A DNA stretch of 64,000 bases from Lama guanicoe (GCA_013239625.1 MU053504.1:1992607-2056606), one strand, 5' to 3'; numbered from the stretch's first letter, positions 38,347-51,146 are shown. The notes: generated by a model not told the origin, from the sequence alone. Numbers and translations are program-made.

Positions 38347-39058
38347 TGCTGGGGCCAGGACTCTCCGTGGGCATGAGCAAGGTGTGGCGCGCCAGAGCCT
38401 TCTGCAGGGAGGGAGCAGGCAGGGAGACGCTGTGTGGGGCAGAAGACTGGAAACCCTCGAAACATCCACCTCATCTGCATGTTCACAAGCTTTCTTTGAC
38501 GGTTTCTCCCATCTGTGCTCCAGCATCTAACCTTTTACTTTTGCATAGGAAATAACTGGTTTAGTTACAGGTCCGGGGGGATCCAGTGTTTGCTGGAGGA
38601 GGCCGGTGCAGAGCCAGTGAGAGAGCTGGGAATGACACTCAGGTCCACTTGTGGAAAACTGGTCTTGGGACTGTCTCAACTGTGCAAAAAACAAAAGATG
38701 TAGTGTTTACAAGTAGACCCTTGTCATCAGTCATTCTTGAACCTGGTCTTTTAAAAACTACTCAGATGAATTAACTTGTTTTCATCTGAAGCCTGCTATC
38801 TTTGTTAAAAGATGTGCTATTTATTCTTGCACGATTTAGGCAAATCTCTCTCTTCCAGGGAGTAGCTTTTTTCTAGCTGAGAATTAATAACGGTCCATCT
38901 CTTCTGAATCATAAGGTAGAAGGGGGTATTTTAAATGTCAGGGTCAGCAGTGTTACTTGGAATGTAAACTGATATAATGGGTAGTTTCCTGTAGCAACTT
39001 GATTAGTTTAGTCGTAATCCATTTGAGGTTCTCTCTTTTTCTCTTCCTCCCCCACCTT

Positions 39059-39099
39059 CACACACACACATGCACACACACACGTGCACACACACACAC
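39059..39099. repeat. Imperfect (CA)n microsatellite in ATRN 3'UTR
   Basis: Interrupted CA run. Confidence 0.9.
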
Positions 39100-40871
39100 T
39101 AAGTGCCTAGACTTTAAATAGATCTAGCAATTGGAAAGTTAGTAAGCATTAAGTTTTTACATAATTGCATTCCAACATTCTTATAAAACTTAAATAGCTA
39201 TCATTGGCAATCTGCTCTTTTTCTAACATCTAATTTGCAGCCAGGAAAGAATTTTCTCACCCCAAGGAACATTTAACATAGCAGCAGGGATTGAGAGGAA
39301 AGCAGAGATGACCTAACTATGAAAGCTCCTGATTTTATTATTATCAAAAAGGACACTACAGAAGGCACATTCCCTGCGTGTCTCCTGGCCCCGGGTCACT
39401 CCAGGCCCGATGTTTGCTTCAGTCCTTCTGGCCACTCCTGCCAGGGCACCGCAGCGGAAGGGACTCGCTCATGTACCCTGTCTCCCTTGAGCAGAAAAGA
39501 ACGTGACAGCACTTGGGACCCCTGGATCAAAGAGTGGCTCTGTGCCCGTGGCCTGCTCTGAGCTGGTGGTTCGTTCTCAGGCTGCAGGTGGAGTCACACC
39601 CCAGGAGGGAAGCGGTCTCCGGTTGTCAGGCAGAGCCTGCCCAAAGCCTGGAGAAGGACCTGGAGCTGTTTGCCCTCTTTCCTCCCGTTGGGGCTCAGGC
39701 CTCCCAGGCAGTGGCTGTGGGGAGGACAGTGAACGCTGATAAGGATGAAAAGCACATGGGGAAAATGGACAAAGAAGGAAAACTATGCCAAATGGAAAGT
39801 GACCAAATGTACAGGGTAGGGCTGTCCCTGCTCTTCTCCAGGGCACTGCCTGAACATCGTGTTGTCCCCGTCCATGGTGCTCTGTACTCTGGCTTTATGC
39901 AGCAGCCTCCCAAGATCTCTCTTCTGCTTCAAGACCCAGGGTTCTCTGGCATCACCCTGGTGGGATGGACCTTTAGACAGCAATGCTCAAGTTTGTGAAT
40001 TCAGAGAAATTAATACTCAAAAGAGCAAAAACTGTGGCATTTCACCTTTATATGCAGTGCCTAGAGAGGGAGTATTATCTCTTCCCCATCACTAACCCCA
40101 CTCCCATGAAGAATTGCCTGGAAAGATGTTTTCAAGGATGTCGAACCATAAAACACTGTCTGATGCACAAAACACCTCGACTTTGAGCCTCGCCTCTCAA
40201 AATGCTGCTTTTTTACATCACTGTTAAAGAGCAGACGGTTCTAGAAAAGACCCCTCCTCTTACGAGGTCCCCACATCCCTCCCCCAGATCACAAGATCGC
40301 AGCACCCACAGAGAGCCTGCCATAGACTGGCCTTTCACCCCTGTAATTACCACGAGGCCACTGGCGAGCACCCTCTGCCAGGGGAAGTCCTTGTTTGTTC
40401 AAAGAACCAGTGTTTCCTTGACAAAGAAGCCTCTTCCCCATGGTAGTCCCATGCCTTGAAATAACATGCAGTGTGTCCCACAGCCACCTGGTTACTTTTT
40501 TTTTTTCCTAAAAGATAATGTTTATTTTTTAAAAGAAAGGAAGGAGTAAGTGAAGTTTAATTCTGCTCCAGCAGGGGAGAAACAGCTGACTCCACCTGCT
40601 TCTCCTTTGCAGCCAGTAGCTAACAGCTTCCTCCAGGCTCAGGCCAGAAGAAGGGAAGAGCAAGAGAAAGAGACACCCAGCTTAGAGCCAGTTACCAAGA
40701 GGAAGTCATCTGGAGCTCCAGAGAAACGCCTGCGTGTCACCGGAGAGCCTGTATATAAATTCAAATAGTCATGAAAACATTGATATTGCACTTGTACATA
40801 ACTATACAGTAGTGTCCGAATGTTCAGACATTCGGGGTGTACATAAAACAAAAATATCTTAATGTATTTTT

Positions 40872-40877
40872 ATTAAA
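40872..40877 (+). terminator. ATRN: Candidate proximal ATRN poly(A) signal ATTAAA
   Basis: ATTAAA preceded by several TGTA elements and followed by GTAACGGTGTCTGAGTTT. Confidence 0.5.
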
Positions 40878-42625
40878 CGTAACGGTGTCTGAGTTTCACC
40901 TACCATATTTTTGTGCCATATACTGGAAATCCAGGTTCAGAGATGTCCTCCCGTTAGGCCCTGATATGGTGATAACAAAGCTGAGAAAGGCATCCCCATT
41001 GTGGCCATGTGTTCAAATGCATCCGGGACCAATTGGAGAACTCTGAGAGCAGGAATCACATCGGTGCACACGTGAAAAGGCGGGCAGTCGCTGGCATTGG
41101 CTCCGCAAGTGAGCCGTGAGTCTCCCCGTTGTCCTCTTGGTGCTGCGGGTGGCCAGGGATGGCCGGTCTCATCCTGAGTCTTTAGGTTCAAGGACTATAC
41201 CTGTAGATACCAGATTTTCCATAAAAGGGTTTTCCAGGCTGCATTTCGTTGTGGTTTTGTCTAAATTTTTAATGACCATTTCCCAGGACCATAGTTTATT
41301 TACTATACTGAAAACTGGGGGAGGGAGTGGGTGGCTACTTTGTCAGTAAATAGCTCCTGTTTCCCCATGGGGAACCACACCCTTGCCTCCTGCACCTCCC
41401 ACCCCCTCCCCACACAGCCTGGGGACAAATCTGTGCTTCCCTGTGAGGGTCATCTCTTAAAGTGGAAGGAGGTGTGGAGAGAAGGTAGCCCATACTCCCC
41501 TGAGCTAGCCCAGAGGAAAAACAGCCCTGGACAGGAGACTGTCAGCAGAAAGAAAATACTGGAATATCTGTGGGTGAGGCCTGAGGTGCAAGACTGGAGA
41601 TGCACTGGGAAATCTGGGGCAAATGGAAAGACCAGAGCACTGTCTATAAAAAACAAAAGACGTTTTACCTTACGGTGCAAATCTTGCTCCTTCAATTTAA
41701 TGGAGTGTATTTGAGGAGGGGGTGGAAGTGATTCACTTCCTTGGGTGGTGGTGTGGTGGTCTTTTCATTAACACCTTTGATCCTTCAGTTTCATTCATTC
41801 ATCCATTCATTCACCAGATATTCACTAAGCACCTACTGATAACCTAAGCTAACGTTAAGGCAATGACTGAGATGGAGAAGAAGCTCTTCAAAATTACCAC
41901 AAAACCCAGCTCCTCAAACTCGTCATCTCAGGAGACCTTTCTTTGTGGTGGTTTCTGTGAGAACTGGCCACCTGAGGACAGACCCAGGAAGACAGAGGGT
42001 CTGGCCTCAGGCCATGCACCGGCTTTCAGTCTGAAATGTTTACCCAGTTTACCAAATGGCTCAAACCATAAAAATCACCATGACGGTCCGTAGACAGCCA
42101 AGCCCACCGAGAGACACATCCCCTAAGGTGTCTAAATTAATGAGCACCCTTGCCTGCAGGGAGACGACTGGAGAGGAAAACCGGCGCCTTCTCTTTTAAA
42201 GGCAATAATGGAACCGACTTTCAGTAACTGAATTTGTGCACAAAACATTCTAAACACTAGTGAAGCCTGTTTTGTTGAACTAATTCTGGCTCTGGAAATG
42301 TTTTTGTTTTATAGTTATTTACAGTTTTGTTTTGTTTGGGAGTTTTTTGGTTTGGACTCAAGCTTAGTTTGTTAATATGTATAATTTAGCATCTATTGTA
42401 CTCATGTAAATATGGAGTAAGTATTGTAAACTATTTCATTGCTGGGGATTGTGGGTGTTATACATACATTTAGGACTGCAATTTTTTGGTATTTTTTTGT
42501 ATTGTAAAATAACAGCTAATTTAAGCAGGAACAAGAGAATTAAGGGAGGTCTGTGCATTTTAAACACAATGTGAAGAACTTGTATATAAACAAAAGTAAA
42601 TACTATAATACAAATTTCCTTCTGA

Positions 42626-42631
42626 AATAAA
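42626..42631 (+). terminator. ATRN: ATRN distal polyadenylation signal AATAAA
   Basis: AATAAA with upstream TGTA motifs and downstream GGTTTTTGTTCTGAGTGATTTTTGTTTTG. Confidence 0.8.
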
Positions 42632-45104
42632 AGTAGATCTGGTAAAAATGCGGTTTTTGTTCTGAGTGATTTTTGTTTTGTTTCACTTATTTTTAGTTTG
42701 GTCATGAGAACCTTAAGAAAAGGGGGAAAAATGTTTTAAAAGGTTTAACAGTTTTCAGACTGCCTCAGAGGAAGTGCTTGGCAGTCCGTGAATGAGGTGC
42801 AAACCTGCAGGGTGGGCACCTCAGCCCCTCTGGTGGGAGCTGAGCGCTGGGCCGTGGGGGGAGCCCTGCGCAGCTTGTGAGCAGACTTCCCGGCGTCCCC
42901 ACGCGGCACATGTGCCCTTGACACACCGGTGCTGGGGAAGGAGACCAGAATACAGAGCCGCTCTGCCGGGCACCGTCGCCCCGATGCCCACGTTGACACC
43001 TTGCCAGCCACCCCTGATCATTCAGCTTCTCGTGTCTCACATCTCTTGCTAAACCTCAGGTCTGCTGGCAGGTTTAGTCCTCCATGGCGACAGCCTCCTC
43101 CTTGGTCTTGAATTTCTGATGACGTCCTATGTCCACTCACCGAGCCTTGTCTGCGTGTCTGCCCCACTTTACACGGCCCCTGCAGGACCTCAGAACAGGG
43201 TCAGAACAGTGCATTTCAGCGCCCTGGTGCAGAGTGCAAAAGGCCTAGAGGATGAGATCAGTGTAATGTGAGCTGAGAAAGTCCCGAGGATGCACGAGGA
43301 AGGGCTGCACTTCATACAGGGGCGGGTGGGCGAGGTAGCAGGCCAGGACCAGGAGCCTGGAGGAGGCCTGCCCACCGGAGCTGGGCCTGGGTGGGAAACA
43401 GCTGGACTGGAGGTGGCAGCCAGGTTGGGGAGGATCTTGAAACTGTTCTGAGAGGGTTGTGAGAGCCACCAGGTATTTCTAACAGTCTAGAAACCTGTGG
43501 TTTAGCAATACTGTGGCAGTTTGCCATTGGACACACAGGTCAGCGGCATCTCCCAGCCCCCTTGCAGTTAAGTTGGGGCCACAAACTGGGCTTTAGGCAA
43601 AGAAGTGTTGGAAGAAGTGATGTATACAAGTTCCAAACTTGGCCCCTATGCCATGCTCCCATACAGGACTCCCTGGAGTTCACATGTTAAAGACGTTCGA
43701 GGGAATGAAGGTCCCTAAGTCCCCAGTCAGAGACAAGCCACCTGCTCAGCATGTGCTGTGTGCTGCCTTTTGCACCACTGAAAAGCAAAATTTTGCTCTA
43801 CTGTCCCACTGAGACTTGGAGTTTTATTACAACAGGTAATAAAACTTTCTTACTCTTACAAATAAACCGGCGCCTTGAAGTGCAAGGCAACTGTGACCAA
43901 AACCTAAGTCGCATGGCACTGAGGGAGTCCGTGGTCAGGTGGCGGGCAACGAAAAAACCAGTGCAGTGGGCAGAACAGCTGGGGGACCCTGTCAGGCAGC
44001 AGCAAAACATCTGGTACGGCTATTAAGTCTGACAGCTTGCTAAAGCAACCTATGTGTCTACTGAGTTTTTAGTCCAAGGGGAAGAAGGTAGGGAAAAACA
44101 GCACATGGTACCTGTTGATTGTTATTGGCTGCTTTTGGCAAGGCATCAAAAGATGGAGCTGAGTTCCAGAATTAGCCAGTTAACAAGAAAGGTGTGGAGG
44201 GTCCTGAAATCCAGGGTCATGTGGTGGTAGAAGGGCCAACTAGTCTTGCTTCTAGTCTCCAAACAGTAAGAGGAGCTCATAAGCAAAGAAGGCCCAGTGG
44301 GACTCAGTGACAGCCCCATGGTGAGAATCAGAGGGTGTGGTCTTCCTGCTTGAGCCTCTTAACCTCAAGGCCATCATCTTGAGGGACAGGCATGTGGCTA
44401 AGTTAGGAAAAAAAGTCAACCTGAGATCTGTGTCCAGAAAAGACCCAGGACCCTCTGATGTCACTGACCCTCGACCTGCCTGGTAAATAAAAGAGGAAAA
44501 AAAAGTATAGGTTTTCAAGAGAATGATGTTGCCGAAGAAACCTTTAGCCTAACCTTTAAAAAAACGAGAGCAACTCACCATCCAACCAACCCTGTGAAGC
44601 CTGAGAAAGCCGTAATTAGAACCTCCCAGTCAGGAGATGGTTGCAAAAGCTGTCTGAGGAGGGCTCACAACCCAGTGCCCCTCGGATGTGGCCCAGAGAG
44701 CAGATGTGGGTCCGGTCAGGAGCTGCCCCCACCCCAAGGCAGGGCCCAGCACGATTCCAAAGTGGCTGTAGGGCAGTAACGGCTGTGTGTCTGCCACCCT
44801 CTTCCTTCCTGGATAGGCAGGTTAGGAGGGTGTCCTGCCCACCTTGCCCCTGTCTGATGGCCAGGCACTGTGTAAGGACCAGGGACTTCACAGGGACCAA
44901 GACAGACAAAAATCCCCGTTCACGTGGAGTCTACTACCATCTAGTGGGGGAGACATAATCAAGACAATGCCAGGTGATGAGTCCTGTGAAGAAAGGTAAA
45001 AATCAGGTTGGGGTAGAAAGTGCTGGGGTTGTGGGGGTGGTTGCTGGAGAAAAATGGGAAGGACAGCATTGGGAGGAGCCGGGGCCAGCCAGATCCCGCG
45101 GGAC

Positions 45105-45400
45105 AACGGTTCTCAACCGGCACAGGACTGCCCTCTAGGGGACATCGTGGGAAGAGGTGGGGCGATTTGATAACCGCATTCAAAGGGCGGCAATGCTGTG
45201 ATTTAGTGACTGGACCTGAACGTGGCCATCCTGTGACATGCAGGACTATCCTGCCCAGCAAGGAATTGACCCATGCCCCATTCAATTTTCAAATATCTTG
45301 CTGTATATTTGTATAGATGAAAAAATCTGTTTCTAATTATTTTAGTTAGAACCCAACCCTGTTGTAAACACAAAGTTTTCTGGAAATGCAATTATTTTAC
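45105..45400. mobile_element. MER20-like hAT element
   Basis: caacggttctcaaccgg...gccctctaggggacat...catcctgtgacatgcaggac. Confidence 0.6.
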
Positions 45401-46477
45401 TGTGTAAATAAAAGGAATAGTGGACTTTGCTCTTTTCAAAACTGTACCAAGAGCCGGTCATCATTTTGGAAAATTCTGTTACCAATCACAACGTCATTTC
45501 TGGCATCTGAGTCCTCAACCCTACACACTTGTGTGGGTTGTGTCTGTGAAGACAGACACACGCCCTGAGGCTCTATTACTAGCTGTGTGACCTGCCTGGC
45601 AAGAATTCTCCTCCATCCTGTGTCCAGAACACAAGGAAGGCACTAGACCAGATGACCCCGATGATTGTATGAAGTGTGTTGCACGGAGTGCTGGGGCTCG
45701 GTCCTGGCCCGTCTGCATACCCTGGGGGCCCTTCCTCATTTGCTTAAATCCCAGTCCCTTTGCGACTCAGGTTCTAAAGTTTTGCGTGTATTTTATTTTC
45801 TTGTGTGTGTACTCATCTTAATTTTCCCTTGGGTCTTCTGCCTTGGACTGGAGGCTCCTTTGGGTGTGGAGTGATGTGTCCCTGGCACAACGGTTTCCCA
45901 AAACATCCTTCACCCAAGCCTTCCCCGGCCGTGTCTCTGCCTCCTTTCACGTGCGTGCCTGGCTCACTGGCAAGTTGCTATTCAGCTGGGGACCCCTCCT
46001 GGCTCTCTGGAAATTTCACCCACCCGTGTCCACATTTCCTGTAAAGATAAGCCAGTTCTGTGAGTTTGGCCCCACCTGACTCTGTTGGGGAGGGTGGGGG
46101 AAGCAGGCAGGCAGCGGGCAGCTGTCAACCTTGCACCCGAGACAACAGGCTCCAAGCTAGAGTGGATGTTCATGAGCCATGAAGTTTCCACCCATAAATC
46201 CAGAAATGCTTCCAGCACCTGCCGTTCTGCCTGCCCCCACCCCCCGCCACCTGCCAGCTAGAGGCTCAGTGCTGACATCAGCCAACAGAGAACCAGTCAC
46301 AGGGATGAGGCCAGGGCCGCAGTTTCCCACGGTGCAGGTGAGAGTGACAGCAAGCTGACTACCCGGCAGGACCCCCTCCTGGTCGTGGGGGCCAAGCTGG
46401 ACTCAGCTTTGAGGTATCTGGCCAGACTTAACACCGCGTTATAAGCCACGTTATATTGAAGTGATGGAAAACAAACA

Positions 46478-46961
46478 CTCCATTTAGTTTTCTGGGGCTG
46501 CTGTAACAAACTACCCAACCATGGTGGCTTTAAGTGATGGAAATTTACTCTCACAGTTCTGGGGGCCAAATGTCCAAAGTCGTGGTGCTGGCAGGATTGC
46601 ACTCTCTCCAGAGCAGACACTCTAGGGCAGAATCTGTTCCTGGCCTCTTCTAGCTTTGGGTGGCTGCGGGCATCCCTTGGCTTGGGGCCACATCTCTCCT
46701 GTCTGCCTGTGTCTTTCCGGCCCCTCTCTTCTGTGTGTCTGTGTTTAATCTCCCTCTGCCTCTCTCTTATGAGGATATGTGTGACTGCATTTATGGCCCA
46801 CTGATAATCCAGGATAAGCACCTCTTAGGATCTTTAACTTAATCACATCCTTCCCATGTAAGGTAATAGTCACTCTTTTGCCTACATATAAGCTAAACTT
46901 CACAGATTCCCAGGAATTAGGATGTGGACGTATCTTTGGGGCCACTAGTCAGCCCATTACA
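46478..46961 (-). mobile_element. MaLR LTR (MLT1C/D-like)
   Basis: ggctgctgtaacaaactacc...ataatccaggataa...tcagcccattaca. Confidence 0.85.
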
Positions 46962-48024
46962 GCAACAAAACCCCAGGAAAGTCGATTGTCCCAAAGGTGG
47001 CAAGATGGTGGCCTCTGCATGCCACAGTGCCTTATCCCCCCTCTTGGCTGGGCCATGCCCCTGACGGCCTCAAGCCTCCTGCAGGAAATGTTCACTCTAG
47101 GAAAAAACAGAGAGCCAGGCTCACTTGGGGACCCCGTGACCTTTCCTTTCTCCCCTGCACCCAAAAAGGAAGCCTCTTTTCTGTTGCACATTGTCTGATG
47201 TTAAAGAGGTTCCATTTGATTAAACCCTGTGCCTGCGCTGGAGAGAAGGACTGAAGGATGAAGGCCAGCTACCATGGAACAATTATGCTATTGTCAGCCA
47301 AGTTCTGCTCACTTTTCTCTTCCCAATCTTTGGAAAAGTGTATGCCTATTTTTCACTCAAATTATCTGAATAAAAGATGGGAGTAGTTGAGTTTAACACT
47401 CTCACAAAAGGCAAATCCCTTAGCAGATGTTTAATTCTGAATTTGGGCCACCACACAAGAAATCTACAGCCCACTATCCCTTATGACATTGATGGTCAAC
47501 AGGGCAAGGCGATGCTTTCACTTGCCACCCCAGCCCCCACCCACACCTGTCTCTCCAGTCCTCTTGCAGGTGTGCATCCCCACACAGTTGCAGGTGGCTG
47601 AGAACATTCCTTCTTCTTTGTGAAGTGGGAACAGGCTAGACTCTGAGCTTCACTCTACCCAATACCCCTCCTTTTTTCTAGTGGAAACCTGTCCTTCCCA
47701 TTCCATGTGATCTTGGTAGGCTCATGTCACTCTCCAAGTCACAAATGCTGGGAAAGAAGAGTGCCTTTCTCTGCTGAGAGTGCTAAAGGGAGAGCGTGTA
47801 GATCCGGGGCTAGCATCCTCACGTACCCTGTGGTAAGAGCCTGTCTGGCCTCAGAGGGGATCACAGACCAGCAGGGGCAACATTTTTTTGAACCCCTGGA
47901 GACAGCTGTGCCTGAAGCCCAGACTGCTCAGTTGTATGCCCAAGCCAGTTTGATTTGTGTTTGGTTCCAACCAGGAGAGTACTTATTTCTTTGATAACTA
48001 TGTGAGTTTAAAAAGCTAAGGCTC

Positions 48025-48195
48025 CAGGCCTCTCTTGCTCCCTCATCTCCGGAGACAGCCCACACTGTCTATGGAGTGTGTACCTACTTTTACTTTAACC
48101 CGAGTGCCCAGCCCCTACACCTCATGGTCTTTGTCTTGTCTTATACTCTATGTAGTATGTATCTCTCTAAATAAATCTACCTTTACTCCAAAAAA
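48025..48195 (+). mobile_element. Polyadenylated retrocopy (ERV LTR-like 3' end) with 15-bp TSD
   Basis: AATAAA 48170-48175, poly(A) from 48190, TSD AAAAAGCTAA(G/A)GCTC at 48010-48024 and 48196-48210. Confidence 0.75.
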
Positions 48196-48375
48196 AAAAA
48201 GCTAAAGCTCTAAACTGTTCTTAGAAACAATGATCAGTACATATACTTAAACTAAAAAAAAGTGCAGTATATTGTATATATGTATTTACATGCAATATAT
48301 TGTATATGTGCAGTCAAATTGTAACCATTCTACCTAATAAAACTGCAAAATGAAAAAAAACCAAACAAACAAAAA

Positions 48376-49105
48376 GACTAAATTGTGAGGGAATAGAAAA
48401 TCTGAATAGACATATAACTAGTAAGGGGATTGAATCAGTCATCAAATATCTCCCAACAAAGAAAAGCCCTGGGTTTGGTGGCTTCACTGGTAAGATCCAC
48501 CAAACATTTAAAGAACTAGTATCAGTCCTTCTCAAACTTTTCAAAAAACACTGAAGAGGAGGGAACACTTCCTAACTCATTCCATGAGGCCAGCATTACT
48601 CTGACACCAAAGCCAAAGGCACTTCAAGACGACTACAGACCACTATCCCTTATGACATTGATGCAAATATTCTCAACAAAACTCAAGCAAACAGAATTCA
48701 GTCATATAGTAAAAGGATTATACACTTTGACCAAGTGGGATTTATTCCTGGAATGCAAGGACGAAGGTTCAGCTTATGAAAACCCATCAGTGTAATACCC
48801 CACATCAACAGAATGAGGGGGGAACCGTCTCACTTGACCCAGAAAACGCATTTGACAAAATTCAACACCCTCTCATGATAAAAACACTCAACCTACTAGG
48901 AATAGAAGGAAACCACCTCAACATAATAAAAGCTGCATTAAATCCCACAACATCATACTCAATGGTGAAAGACTAAAAGTTTTTCCTCTAATACCAGGAA
49001 TAGTGGGCAAGGATGCCCACTTTTACTACTTTAATTCAACACAGTACTAGAAGATCTAGCCAGACCAATCAGGCAATAAAAAGAAATAAAAGATGTCCAA
49101 CCAGG
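48376..49105 (+). mobile_element. L1 ORF2 (Z/RT region) fragment
   Basis: SLDPENAFDKIQHPLMIKTL peptide; gaccaagtgggatttattcctggaatgcaagg. Confidence 0.88.
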
Positions 49106-50711
49106 AGAGGACCGGCTGAAGCTGGGAGGCTGGTTGACAGCTGCCGCATGGGCTGTCTGCAGGCTTGGTGTGAGCTGCTAACTACACAGTCTCAGAGTCG
49201 GTGGCTCTTTCTCTGGTCAGGCCAGCCCCAGGCGTGGTCCGTACCCTGTGTCTTAGGTCAGAGCCCAAGACAGGGACTCTCAGGCCATGATTTATTGGAG
49301 GGAGTGCCCTCAGGGGAGCCTCGAAGTGAGCGAGGCAGGAGTGGGCAGGGGAAGGAGCTAAACTGGGATGTGGTCTCAGCTGGGATCTATTCTCAGCCGG
49401 GTCCCACAGCGAGCTCTGAAGCATGAACAGCACACAGAACTGTCCCCTCGAAGCACACAGGCCTGGCCTGAACTGCCTCTGAACTCCTGCCTCAGTCAGT
49501 CACTGGCCGCTGTCCCCCTCAGAGAGCAGAGTGCAACCTCACAGGCCTTTCTTCTGGAGAAGAGGGCAGCTGTGAGCTGTGTTAGCAGCCAACAGCCCCA
49601 GCAGCCTGGCGATGGGCTGCGCTGGCCCAGAGAGATCTGAGCTAGGCACCGCAGCCTCCACTTCAACCTGTTTTGTGGGCCCTGCCAAATCTCAACCCGG
49701 TTTGAGAAGGAGCAGCCCGGAGACACAGTAACCCTTCACTCATCAGGAGCCTCCAGTCTTTGGAGGAAGAAGGCTTAGTACCTGGCCCCCATCATTCTGC
49801 CCTCTCCTCCCAAAACTCCTCCATGGAACTGCAGTTTAACACAATGCCCTTGGCATTTGCTGTGTCCTCAATGGCCACACACATGGAGTGTTTATAAAAA
49901 CCTTTATGATAAATTTCCTTCATCTCCAGGAAAGAATTTGACTCCCCACGTGGACAGTAACAGGTAGATTAGGTGGAAATTAAAAAAAAAAACCACCATC
50001 GCCCCTTCTTTCAAGTGTCTGTCAGGGCCAGGCTCTGTGTGTAAGGGGATGAGGCTCCCCCAGGTGAGCGTAGCAGGTGACACTACAGCTCTCAGCACCC
50101 ATAGGTGGGAGTGTGTCAAGCAGAGCCGATGTTTGGCTGCAAACAGACACCTGAAGAGAAACTGGCTTAAAACAAATTGGAAGTATCATTTTTCTTACAT
50201 AATACAGTCCAGAGGAAGGCAGACTGCGGACAGTGCAGCAGCTCCACAATGTCATGTGCTTCTGCTTTCAGGATGGTACCCATGATCCCTGGCAATGCCA
50301 CCAAGTTCTGGGCAGGAAGAGGGGCAGTTTGAGGCCAGAGGCTGAAGGGCCCAGTCAGCAAGTCTGTTCCTTTTATAAAAAGCTCCGGTAGAAGGCTTAT
50401 CTGTGAGTTTCACTCATTGGCCAGAACTGTGTCACATGACCACCCCTTGCTGCAAGGGAGGCTGAGAAATGTAGTTTCTCTATCTGATTACTAGCAGAGA
50501 ATGAAAGAATAAACAAAAGCAACCAAAATCCCCACCACTAGGACCTGATAGTTGATCCAGTTCAGCACCCACAGGTGAGGAAGCCTGGAGAGCTTCTGAG
50601 GCCATCCAAGGTCACACAGGCCAGCTGAGGCACACCCTGTGGCTGACACTGGTCTCCAGGCTCCCAAGACACAGATCACATGAAAGCAACACCAGTCTCA
50701 GTGCATATGGA

Positions 50712-50717
50712 TTTATT
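50712..50717 (-). terminator. GFRA4: GFRA4 polyadenylation signal AATAAA
   Basis: TTTATT on + strand, ~430 nt past the stop; GU-rich sequence follows on the - strand. Confidence 0.7.
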
Positions 50718-51146
50718 GAGTTATGGGAATCATTCTAGTGCTAGGTTAAACCATGGGGAAGATGGCCATATGGCCAGTGCAACGTACGGAACTGGATTCT
50801 CACTCCAGGTGGTGCCCAGCAAGCGGCATATTATGGACCAGAAGCATGATGCCAACATTAGTTATGGGGTGCAGATGGCTATTCTGATGGGGTTATCTGA
50901 CTGGGAGGGTGCCATGAAAGGCTAGAGTATTAGAGGGAGTTTCGCCTACAAGTACTCCTGGGAGCATGACCTGCTTGGGAAGCTGATAAGATTGTCCAGA
51001 CCTGCAAAAGGCAGTGAGGTAAGAGCACTGGGGCCAGCTTGGGAAGTAAGCCAGTCCCTTTTCAATGGGGCAGGAGGCCACAGATGAGACCAGTTATCCT
51101 AGGCAGAGTGGAACACTTGGCTGTTGTCCAAGGTCTGCTGTCCTAG

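Larger units (their letters stand above)
38347..42650 (+). other. ATRN: ATRN long 3'UTR (~4.3 kb)
   Basis: Follows the stop codon; largely repeat-free; AU-rich end with AATAAA at 42626 and downstream U/GU-rich tract. Confidence 0.75.

Noticed and set aside
39513..39998. 161-aa ORF in the ATRN 3'UTR
   Set aside because: Non-ATG start in the track, no recognisable homology, no splice support.
40784..40795. TATTGCACTTGT, identical to the first 12 nt of miR-92a-3p
   Set aside because: Same sense as the miRNA, so not a target site; the match stops at 12 nt and there is no precursor hairpin.
46297..46821. 174-aa ORF
   Set aside because: Mostly within a MaLR LTR; no coding signature.
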